DNA of 64,000 nt from Macrostomum lignano (Eukaryota): assembly GCA_002269645.1 (NCBI GenBank), contig NIVC01000011.1, positions 310,001-374,000 of the forward strand. Direction: 5' to 3'. The notes beneath the pieces are model-generated. The model was not told the DNA's origin, searched no databases, and saw nothing but the letters and a program-made list of their open reading frames with translations. A program made the translations under genes and the position numbers. Numbering within the stretch: the stretch's first letter is position 1; each line of letters starts with the position of its first letter. This document shows, piece by piece, positions 54,301-64,000 of the stretch.

Positions 54301-57300
54301 TCAATCTGTTCACTCTCTTATCAATCTGTTCACTCTCTTATCAGTCTGTTCACTCTCTTATCAGTCTGTTCACTCTCTTATCAGTCTGTTCACTCTCTTA
54401 TCAGTCTGTTCACTCTCTTATCAATCTGTTCACTCTCTTATCAGTCTGTTCACTCTCTTATCAGTCTGTTCACTCTCTTATCAGTCTGTTCACTCTCTTA
54501 TCAGTCTGTTCACTCTCTTATCAATCTGTTCACTCTCTTATCAGTCTGTTCACTCTCTTATCAGTCTGTTCACTCTCTTATCAGTCTGTTCACTCTCTTA
54601 TCAGTCTGTTCACTCTCTTATCAGTCTGTTCACTCTCTTATCAGTCTGTTCACTCTCTTATCAGTCTGTTCACTCTCTTATCAATCTGTTCACTCTCTTA
54701 TCAATCTGTTCACTCTCTTATCAATCTGTTCACTCTCTTATCAATCTGTTCACTCTCTTATCAATCTGTTCACTCTCTTATCAGTCTGTTCACTCTCTTA
54801 TCAGTCTGTTCACTCTCTTATCAGTCTGTTCACTCTCTTATCAGTCTGTTCACTCTCTTATCAGTCTGTTCACTCTCTTATCAGTCTGTTCACTCTCTTA
54901 TCAGTCTGTTCACTCTCTTATCAGTCTGTTCACTCTCTTATCAGTCTGTTCACTCTCTTATCAGTCTGTTCACTCTCTTATCAGTCTGTTCACTCTCTTA
55001 TCAGTCTGTTCACTCTCTTATCAGTCTGTTCACTCTCTTATCAGTCTGTTCACTCTCTTATCAGTCTGTTCACTCTCTTATCAGTCTGTTCACTCTCTTA
55101 TCAATCTGTTCACTCTCTTATCAATCTGTTCACTCTCTTATCAATCTGTTCACTCTCTTATCAGTCTGTTCACTCTCTTATCAATCTGTTCACTCTCTTA
55201 TCAATCTGTTCACTCTCTTATCAATCTGTTCACTCTCTTATCAGTCTGTTCACTCTCTTATCAGTCTGTTCACTCTCTTATCAGTCTGTTCACTCTCTTA
55301 TCAGTCTGTTCACTCTCTTATCAGTCTGTTCACTCTCTTATCAGTCTGTTCACTCTCTTATCAGTCTGTTCACTCTCTTATCAGTCTGTTCACTCTCTTA
55401 TCAGTCTGTTCACTCTCTTATCAGTCTGTTCACTCTCTTATCAGTCTGTTCACTCTCTTATCAATCTGTTCACTCTCTTATCAATCTGTTCACTCTCTTA
55501 TCAATCTGTTCACTCTCTTATCAGTCTGTTCACTCTCTTATCAATCTGTTCACTCTCTTATCAGTCTGTTCACTCTCTTATCAATCTGTTCACTCTCTTA
55601 TCAATCTGTTCACTCTCTTATCAATCTGTTCACTCTCTTATCAGTCTGTTCACTCTCTTATCAGTCTGTTCACTCTCTTATCAGTCTGTTCACTCTCTTA
55701 TCAGTCTGTTCACTCTCTTATCAGTCTGTTCACTCTCTTATCAGTCTGTTCACTCTCTTATCAGTCTGTTCACTCTCTTATCAGTCTGTTCACTCTCTTA
55801 TCAGTCTGTTCACTCTCTTATCACTCTGTTCACTCTCTTATCAGTCTGTTCACTCTCTTATCAGTCTGTTCACTCTCTTATCAGTCTGTTCACTCTCTTA
55901 TCAGTCTGTTCACTCTCTTATCAATCTGTTCACTCTCTTATCAATCTGTTCACTCTCTTATCAGTCTGTTCACTCTCTTATCAGTCTGTTCACTCTCTTA
56001 TCAGTCTGTTCACTCTCTTATCAATCTGTTCACTCTCTTATCAATCTGTTCACTCTCTTATCAGTCTGTTCACTCTCTTATCAGTCTGTTCACTCTCTTA
56101 TCAGTCTGTTCACTCTCTTATCAATCTGTTCACTCTCTTATCAATCTGTTCACTCTCTTATCAGTCTGTTCACTCTCTTATCAGTCTGTTCACTCTCTTA
56201 TCAATCTGTTCACTCTCTTATCAATCTGTTCACTCTCTTATCAGTCTGTTCACTCTCTTATCAATCTGTTCACTCTCTTATCAGTCTGTTCACTCTCTTA
56301 TCAGTCTGTTCACTCTCTTATCAGTCTGTTCACTCTCTTATCAGTCTGTTCACTCTCTTATCAGTCTGTTCACTCTCTTATCAGTCTGTTCACTCTCTTA
56401 TCAATCTGTTCACTCTCTTATCAATCTGTTCACTCTCTTATCAATCTGTTCACTCTCTTATCAGTCTGTTCACTCTCTTATCAATCTGTTCACTCTCTTA
56501 TCAGTCTGTTCACTCTCTTATCAGTCTGTTCACTCTCTTATCAGTCTGTTCACTCTCTTATCAGTCTGTTCACTCTCTTATCAGTCTGTTCACTCTCTTA
56601 TCAGTCTGTTCACTCTCTTATCAGTCTGTTCACTCTCTTATCAGTCTGTTCACTCTCTTATCACTCTGTTCACTCTTATCACTCTGTTCACTCTCTTATC
56701 AGTCTGTTCACTCTCTTATCAGTCTGTTCACTCTCTTATCAGTCTGTTCACTCTCTTATCAGTCTGTTCACTCTCTTATCAGTCTGTTCACTCTCTTATC
56801 AGTCTGTTCACTCTCTTATCAGTCTGTTCACTCTCTTATCAGTCTGTTCACTCTCTTATCAGTCTGTTCACTCTCTTATCAGTCTGTTCACTCTCTTATC
56901 AGTCTGTTCACTCTCTTATCAGTCTGTTCACTCTCTTATCAGTCTGTTCACTCTCTTATCAATCTGTTCACTCTCTTATCAGTCTGTTCACTCTCTTATC
57001 AGTCTGTTCACTCTCTTATCAGTCTGTTCACTCTCTTATCAGTCTGTTCACTCTCTTATCAGTCTGTTCACTCTCTTATCAGTCTGTTCACTCTCTTATC
57101 AGTCTGTTCACTCTCTTATCAGTCTGTTCACTCTCTTATCAGTCTGTTCACTCTCTTATCAGTCTGTTCACTCTCTTATCAGTCTGTTCCCTCTCTTATC
57201 AGTCTGTTCACTCTCTTATCAATCTGTTCACTCTCTTATCAATCTGTTCACTCTCTTATCAATCTGTTCACTCTCTTATCAATCTGTTCACTCTCTTATC

Positions 57301-57800
57301 AATCTGTTCACTCTCTTATCAGTCTGTTCACTCTCTTATCAATCTGTTCACTCTCTTATCAATCTGTTCACTCTCTTATCAATCTGTTCACTCTCTTATC
57401 AGTCTGTTCACTCTCTTATCAGTCTGTTCACTCTCTTATCAGTCTGTTCACTCTCTTATCAGTCTGTTCACTCTCTTATCAGTCTGTTCACTCTCTTATC
57501 AGTCTGTTCACTCTCTTATCAGTCTGTTCACTCTCTTATCAGTCTGTTCAATCTCTTATCACTCTGTTTACTCTCTTGTCGCTCTGTTCACTCTTTTATC
57601 ACTCTGTTCACTCTCTTATCAGTCTGTTCACTCTCTTATCAGTCTGTTCAATCTCTTATCAGTCTGTTCACCATCTTATCAATCTGTTCACTCTCTTATC
57701 AGTCTGTTCACTCTCTTATCAGTCTGTTCAATCTCTTATCACTCTGTTTACTCTCTTGTCGCTCTGTTCACTCTTTTATCACTCTGTTCACTCTCTTATC
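42318..57800. repeat. 20-bp satellite, ~775 copies (TCTGTTCACTCTCTTATCA[G/A])
   Basis: Direct reading. G/A dimorphism, rare C variant, degenerate edges. The + strand lacks stop codons in all frames, producing the 4753-aa and 4079-aa artefactual ORFs. Confidence 0.99.
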
Positions 57801-58267
57801 TATTTTCTGTTTAGATGTTTTCCTTTCATCCAATCCAATATGAGAGTCTAAGCCTCAGTAGAATTTCTGCTTCCAAAAAAGAATCGGGCACATTCCGAAC
57901 CACAAGAGGACTCAGATTCAAGGCCCATATATGTATAGAGAATGAGCCAGTGCTGCAAATTGAATTGAGTAGGGGCACAGAGAGACGGAGCTCTCTGCCT
58001 TGCCTCATCACCTTCTTAGCTCTCAGCTTCACTCAGCTGCATTCTGCGAGTCCCCCTTTCAAACTGATCAGACCGACAGAGAGAAGCAGAGGGTCAATGC
58101 AATTTGACAAATCTTCTTCAAGAACAGAGAGAGCAACTGTGGCGTGCTGGGAGTGAATTACTTTATCCAATGCGAAATGCCATCGGATTTCTGACTTTCC
58201 CCAGCTTTTTTATCAGAGCTGTCCTCAGGAGCTCATTGGAGAAGTTGCCTCTGAATCTAAAATAATC

Positions 58268-58910
58268 ATGATAGTCATCGAATAGATTATTGTTGATTGT
58301 GATAGTCATCATCCCAGAGATGGTTGTAGATAATGATAGTCATCATTCTATAGATGATTGCTGATGATGATAGTCATCATCCCATAAATGTTAGTCATCA
58401 TTCCCTAGATGATAGTCATCATCCCCTAGATGATAGTCATCATCCCCTAGATGATAGTCATTCTCCCATAGATGATAGTCATCATCCCATAGATGATAGT
58501 CATCATCCCATTGATGATAGTCATCATCCCATAGATGATAGTCATCATCCCCTAGATGATAGTCATCATCCAATAGATGATAGTCATCATCCCATAGATG
58601 ATAGTCATCATCCCATAGATGATAGTCATCATCCCATAGATGATAGTCATCATCCCATTGATGATAGTCATCATCCCATAGATGATAGTCATCATCCCAT
58701 AGTTGATAGTCATCATCCCATAGGCCATAGATGATAGTCATCATCCCATTGATGATAGTCATCATCCAATAGGCCATAGATGATAGTCATCATCCCATTG
58801 ATGATAATCATCATCCCATAGGTGATAGTCATCATCCCATTGATGATAGTCATCATCCCATTGATGATAGTCATCATCCCATTGATGATAGTCATCATCC
58901 CATAGATGAT
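58268..58910. repeat. 21-bp minisatellite, ~27-30 copies (GATGATAGTCATCATCCCATA)
   Basis: Direct reading. Degenerate at the left edge; each unit has the GATGAT-AGTC-ATCATC inverted repeat. Confidence 0.95.
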
Positions 58911-59825
58911 TGCGAGATCAAGGGGCGCCAGTACTAGCTGATGGCTTCATTGGTGGCTGAAAAAAAGAGTTGATGGTGCTCCAGATTTTGGTTCAAGTTC
59001 ACCTTGGCTGAGCGGCTCATGAACACACATATATATCATCTGTCTCGTGGCGCCGCCTCCTCAGTGTTTATCTCTGTTGGTGGGCCCCGCGCCAAAGTGA
59101 CATGTGGGGAATGCCCCTGACAACAAAGCGATAAATAATTTTGTATAATTATACATTTATGTGCACATGTAATGCAATAATTGTTTAATAGTTTTAGCTA
59201 TGGAAACTTCTTGGACCACTCTAGGAACAAAAGCAGTCTGAATCCAACAAAAAAAGATATTTTCCTATGTCTGCTGGTCGGTTAGTCCTTCCATACACTA
59301 CTCAAACCCCGGCTCAATCTTGTTCAAGTGGCCCGACAATTGTGTGTACAAACAAGTTGAAGGGGTCCTCTGTAGCACATCAGAGCCAGACCACTCATAC
59401 ATATCTTCCATTGCAGACCCTGGTGTCGCCTTTGTGTTAGTTTCGAGTGCAGTAATTAGAGGCTTGCATTGCAAGTTATGACAGGACTGTGAAAAATGCA
59501 CCGTTTTTCTTTGGCCAAAGCCACTCTGCTTTTCTAGTTGAAAATCTCTTCCATGCTAGCATGGACGCATGTCAATCTAGCAAGCGATACATTGTTTTCC
59601 TCTCTGCTTTTTTGCGACGCCTTCTCAAGAAGGCAATTAGTCTCGAGTCTCGAGTCTCCGGTCTACACCTACTGCCTACTTCCTAAACTAAGGATTTGGC
59701 TAATAGCTTCATCAACTCAATGGGTGTGCTTTGTTATAGTTAGTGCGTGGCATTAAGCCAACACAATGCGGCGGGCTTGTCTTCATCTGCATCAAGCTCG
59801 AAATTTGCATGTTTGTCGACTGTTT

Positions 59826-60142
59826 AAAAAAAAAATAATAATCATTGATTACACCTGCCCCAATGGACAGATGTGCAACCGACAGCTCAGCCGCAGCTAT
59901 TGCGTGGCGCATCTGAAGGCTGCGTACGGCTGTTCAGTCCAAGGACTGGGGGAGGGGGGTCGCCACACACAGCCTCAGTTACCCCAGCTAATGCTGGCAC
60001 CCATTTTACAGCTGGGTGAACTGCAGCAATGCAGAGTTAAGTGTCTTGCTCAATGATTCAAATTATTCCAAGTGGGTCAAGATTCGAACCCTCGACCTTT
60101 CAGTCGTGAGTCTGACGCTGTAACCCCTAGGCTACAACCGTC
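59826..60142 (-). mobile_element. tRNA-derived CORE-type SINE
   Basis: Minus strand: A-box-like TAGCCTAGGGG (60134-60124) and B-box GGTTCGAATC (60090-60081). These are followed by TTGAGCAAGACACTTAACTCTG...CAGCTGTAAAATGGG, which resembles the MIR/CORE domain, and an (ATT)n/T tail. Family assignment is from recognition, not a database search. Confidence 0.75.
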
Positions 60143-60389
60143 TTCATTTTCTTAAAAACCAAAATTAATCAACTATTCAAATGTTAAGCAGCTTCATTCA
60201 GAATTGTGGACTCTGAGAGATCGATCGTACAAAGTTTTTAGTCTTGAGCACCAAATCTTTAGCGCCGAGACACTGGAGACAAAGAGTAGAGAACCCTACA
60301 AAGCGAGGTCATTTTTACTCAACCGAAAATGATGTCCTAGAAACTTCGATCCCAGAATTAAAGTGCACCCTGTCACAGCTTAGATAACG

Positions 60390-60842
60390 CTCGTAGCTGA
60401 CGTAAGAAACAATGAGGACTTTGTTAACGGGTGGAGTCGACCGGATGGATGCCGGTAGTGAACCGTACAATCCGTGCAGAAAAACGCACGAATGGTTCGT
60501 CAAGCTGGCGTCGTATCTTCTAATGCAACTCGATCGTTTCTGCAATACTTGGAAGCCTGCCTGCGTGCTCTGATCTGCGACACCGGCGTTGGTCGTTTGC
60601 GAGCTGCAAGGCAACCACAGCAAATGCCACCGCAGAACCCAGACCAAAATGCAGCAGCTGTGCAGCACTCGCCAATGCGACTACCGCCAACTGCCACACA
60701 GAGACATCCGACAAAGCGATGCCGTGTCTGCAGCAACGCTGGACTACAGAAGCGATCAGTTTTTATCTGCGGCAATTGCGTCGGACAACCGGGAATCTGC
60801 ATAGAGCCGTGCTTCCGGGTGTGGCACCAGGGTCACCAGTAA
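60390..60842 (+). pseudogene. piggyBac-family transposase 3' fragment, frameshifted
   Basis: Frame from 60430: GGVDRMDAGSEPYNPCRKTHEWFVKLASYLL (piggyBac GGVDxxD...Y...RKT..W..KL, including the third catalytic Asp). After a frameshift the other frame gives FLQYLEACLRALI...HSPMRLPPTATQRHPTKRCRVC...FICGNC...GICIEPCFRVWH, the C-terminal Cys-rich zinc-binding domain. The 5' part is missing. A possible right end ...GAAATGTTAA lies at ~61120-61139. Confidence 0.85.
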
Positions 60843-62489
60843 TCTATTTGACTCTCATAACGTGTGTACTTATTGTTTTTTAATTTCTATGAGTCAATGC
60901 CGATTTTCATTGCGTGTACCTACATGTACTGTTAGTTTGAATTTCTATGAGCCAATGCTGTTTTTCATTACGTGTACCCAATAAATTTCTGCATGCAAAC
61001 TGCTCTTCCTCAGATGACAGTTCAATTACTGTTGGTAATTTTGTCGGATTTGTGAGTCTTAATCGCAATAAAATTGATTTATAACTCTGACGTGTAAACG
61101 TAGAGAACAAATGAACGTCTAACTGCATTGAAATGTTAATACATGCAAGAATTAACACAAACAGCGACTGTCTGCATAGTGATAGACACTTTTTTGCTAT
61201 GTCTAAATCTAAATAATTTCGAAATACTACTGTGGCAGCTCAACTGCCGTTACGGGAGAGAACGGGGCTGCTTGGATGCGATCGTGCAAGCCATAGACAC
61301 AAAATTCACTCCCCAGCTGCGGGAGGCAAGTATATATGAGCTGCGGCAGCAGTGCTGCCAACGGGAAACTCGTGGTTATTTTAAGTGCCATGCGCTGATA
61401 GAAAGTGTAGTTTTTGGTTCAAGGAGGCGGAAACTTTCACTGCATCTGTAATCTTTCCTCATCAGCCAACTTTTTACTTGCTGCTCCACAGCAAACTCGA
61501 ATGCAGGTCATCCATTTCCTGTCTCAAACTACAGCTCGAGTTTGTATTTAATAACTGAGCAAAACCTTCAATAAGCCTTCTTAGGTCCTCCTGTATGGAC
61601 GGGGAGTGTTCTAGGTTGCGTAATAACAATGACACAAAAAAACTGGGGGAAACCGCGGAGATGGGAAGAGGGGACGGGAGAGCAGAGGAAGAAGCATGAC
61701 TGCAAATATATGGGCGGAGTCTTTGTATCGCCTTCTCATCACTTCCCTCCGTCGCAGTGTCCCCAGCCCTTATCCTAATTAATGCTTAGCATTCGCTTCG
61801 AAGCATGAGAGCCACACGATCGCTGATCAGAGGGCTTCCCTTGTCCGCTTTGAAGCCGATGGCTGTGTTAACAGAAAAGCGCTCAAACAGATGCTTTGCT
61901 TGCGTTAAAGACGAGCATGGCAGGAGGAGGGAATTCGAAGAATCCCGAGAGCGGTCTCTGTGTGTGATGCCAGGCGCAAAATAACACGCGGTCCTCTATA
62001 GCATTCGTGTTCACCTTCAGCCACATTCGTTCCACTGTCTTTATGCGAAACGGATGCTCTGGGTCTGGCACTGGTTGCGGTTCAGTGCGCTCTAATCTCT
62101 GCTAAAGCCTTGATGCATCTTGGCCATTAATGCTGCGTATTATTTTCCATTCTTAGCCTTTGTTAAACATGGTGCCTGTCTGCTCAGAGGCCAAATCTGT
62201 TCACAGACTGCTTTTGAGCGCGAAAATCTACACGCGTGAAAAGGCTTTTATGACGCAACCGGTTCTAAAGAAACTGTTTTTTTTAGCAGTGATGGATTTC
62301 TATTAGACTTTGCGATAGCTTAGTGAAATTGAGAAAGTCTCCGCTAAGATCTGCTTTTGTTTCTCTCCTTTTATTGGGCTCTTCTTCTCTTGCCCTCTCC
62401 GTTTTCTTTTAATCTCCTTACCGAGCCTTCCTTTCTCCATCTTCTCTCAGTAGCTCGCTCCCTCGCACTATATTCCCCTCTTCTTAGCT

Positions 62490-62687
62490 CCCTCTCTCCC
62501 TGTCTCCCTCTCTCCCTGTCTGCCTCTCTCCCTGTCTGCCTCTCTCCCTGTCTGCCTCTCTCCCTGTCTGCCTCTCTCCCTGTCTCCCTCTCTCCCTGTC
62601 TCCCTCATTCCCTGTCTCCCTCTCTCCCTCTCTCCCCCTCTCTCTCTCCCTCTTTCCCTCTCTCCCTCTCTTCATGTCTCTCTCTCT
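62490..62687. repeat. Pyrimidine-rich ~16-bp repeat (TCTCTCCCTGTCT[G/C]CC) grading into CT-rich low complexity
   Basis: Direct reading. Confidence 0.85.
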
Positions 62688-63240
62688 TATTACGTACTCG
62701 CATCTCACTATCTCCCTCTTACTTCTTAACCTCAATATAATTTCGTTTCCTTTGTATTATTCCTCTATAATCATATATATTTCTTTATGCATTAAAATCA
62801 GCACTAAAAGTCTCAATATGCATATTAAGCACTCCGTATCGAACATCTGAAATAAGCCAGAAATTTTGAATGCAAAGCAAAATTGTAGCCGAAAAACTGG
62901 AAAATCCTTTTAGATTTGTAGAGGTTTTTCTCTTCATAATTTTTTTCATCAGACCCGAAGCAGCCACCTAGCTCCCAGTAGCGAAGCGTTAACGAGCAGC
63001 CGTGTCGTCCTTGCACGTTGCTGATTTTCAACACGGCTTGATTCTTAGAAAACCTTGCTTGCACTACCAGACGAAGGTTGTTAAACGGAACAGCACCAGG
63101 CAACAGCTTCGCATTGCCTCGAGGGAATATTTCCCGGGCAAGGGTTGCAACGAAGCTGGCGAGTTCGAAAAAGTTGCGCCAAGTTAACTAAACAACTGGA
63201 GTTGTAACCGGAGTTTTTTCAAACTGCAAAGCGATTCAAG

Positions 63241-63491
63241 ATGTCAGGGCTGACGGAGGGAATTGCTAAGAGGTCAAGGCTGACGGAGGGAATTGCTGAG
63301 ATGTCAAGGCTGACGGAGGGAATTGCTGAGATGTCAAGGCTTACTGGGGGAATTGCTGAGATGTCAAGGCTTACTGGGGGAATTGCTGAGATGTCAAGGC
63401 TTACTGGGGGAATGCTGAGATGTCGAGGCTCACTGGGGGAATTGCTGAGATGTCAAGGCTTACTGGGGGAATTGCTGAGATGTCAAGGCTG
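63241..63491. repeat. 30-bp minisatellite, ~8 copies (ATGTCAAGGCTTACTGGGGGAATTGCTGAG)
   Basis: Direct reading. The first three copies are the GACGGAGGG variant and most later copies the TACTGGGGG variant. Confidence 0.93.
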
Positions 63492-64000
63492 AGGCGTTAA
63501 AAGCTGTAGTTTATTCAAAAAAATATTCCATTCTTTGTTGGCTCCCCTAGAGGGGGGCTGATTGCTAGTCCAATATACTAAAAATGAGTTGTTTGTCTAT
63601 GGGTAGGTAGGAGATTGATTTCAGCAGTCTTTCACAAAAATGCATTGTAAGTCAATTTTTTAATATATTAACTTTGTCTTATTTTTTCTTTGTCAACAAA
63701 AAACCACGAGATTCTGAGTCGTTTTTTGGTCAAAGTATTGATACGAGCGTAGGTAAAAATGTCAATGAACATTTCAACAAAATCTGGGTCTTGGATGTCC
63801 AATTTAAATTAAACAAATTTTAAATCTGATTTGCTCATATATATCGAACTGGAGCAATGTAGAAAAACCTTGACTTCCTATCCAGATTTTCGTTTTGTAA
63901 ACTCCATGGCAACTTACTTAGGCCACCTGATGCCCTGACTTTCAGAAGAGTGAATGATCGAAAAAAATTGGCGAGCAAAAGTCAAAATAAGAAAAATATT

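Noticed and set aside
24257-57800. CRISPR-like arrays
   Set aside because: No unique spacers between repeats, eukaryotic context, and no cas genes.
43590-57851. 4753-aa and 4079-aa ORFs as giant proteins
   Set aside because: They are translations of a 20-bp satellite cycling through all frames, with overlapping frames giving the same peptide. The lack of stops is compositional.
58920-59119. Short MITE with AGGGGC...GCCCCT ends
   Set aside because: Only a 6-bp terminal match and no TSD.
59254-59501. Open frames on both strands with vaguely transposase- or RTE-like words
   Set aside because: No diagnostic motif recognised; would need a BLASTx/HMM search.
61883-62071. VERMWLKV...VLFCAWHH as a LINE endonuclease fragment
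   Set aside because: Similarity is too weak (no YRPP/GDFN) to support without an HMM search.
63500-64000. AT-rich segment resembling a DNA-transposon subterminal region
   Set aside because: No TIR pair or matching copy visible within the window.

Overview
Eukaryotic (metazoan) genomic DNA with no prokaryotic features. About 55-60% of the window is tandem repeat. The only well-supported gene is a minus-strand protocadherin (signal peptide, 7 cadherin repeats, TM helix). Its 2.8-kb first coding exon (38121-35308) appears to splice, all in phase 0, to two small cytoplasmic exons at 9351-9181 and 2105-1812. This gives a ~1092-aa protein and a ~26-kb first intron that is ~70% minisatellite. All ORFs over 200 aa other than the protocadherin and its antisense shadows (including the 4753-aa and 4079-aa ones) are read-through of stop-free tandem repeats. 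Mobile DNA includes a hAT-like non-autonomous element carrying a 21-bp minisatellite, a second TIR-like array, a frameshifted piggyBac transposase 3' fragment and a tRNA-derived CORE-type SINE. The most striking unexplained pattern is that the intronic minisatellites share a CACCCTCTGTCYAC-like core but switch strand polarity at ~19 kb. Arrays in the first and second halves of the intron are therefore mutually complementary in the pre-mRNA and also mimic splice signals. The satellite load and polyQ-rich tail suggest an invertebrate such as the flatworm Macrostomum; this is inference only and is not verified.
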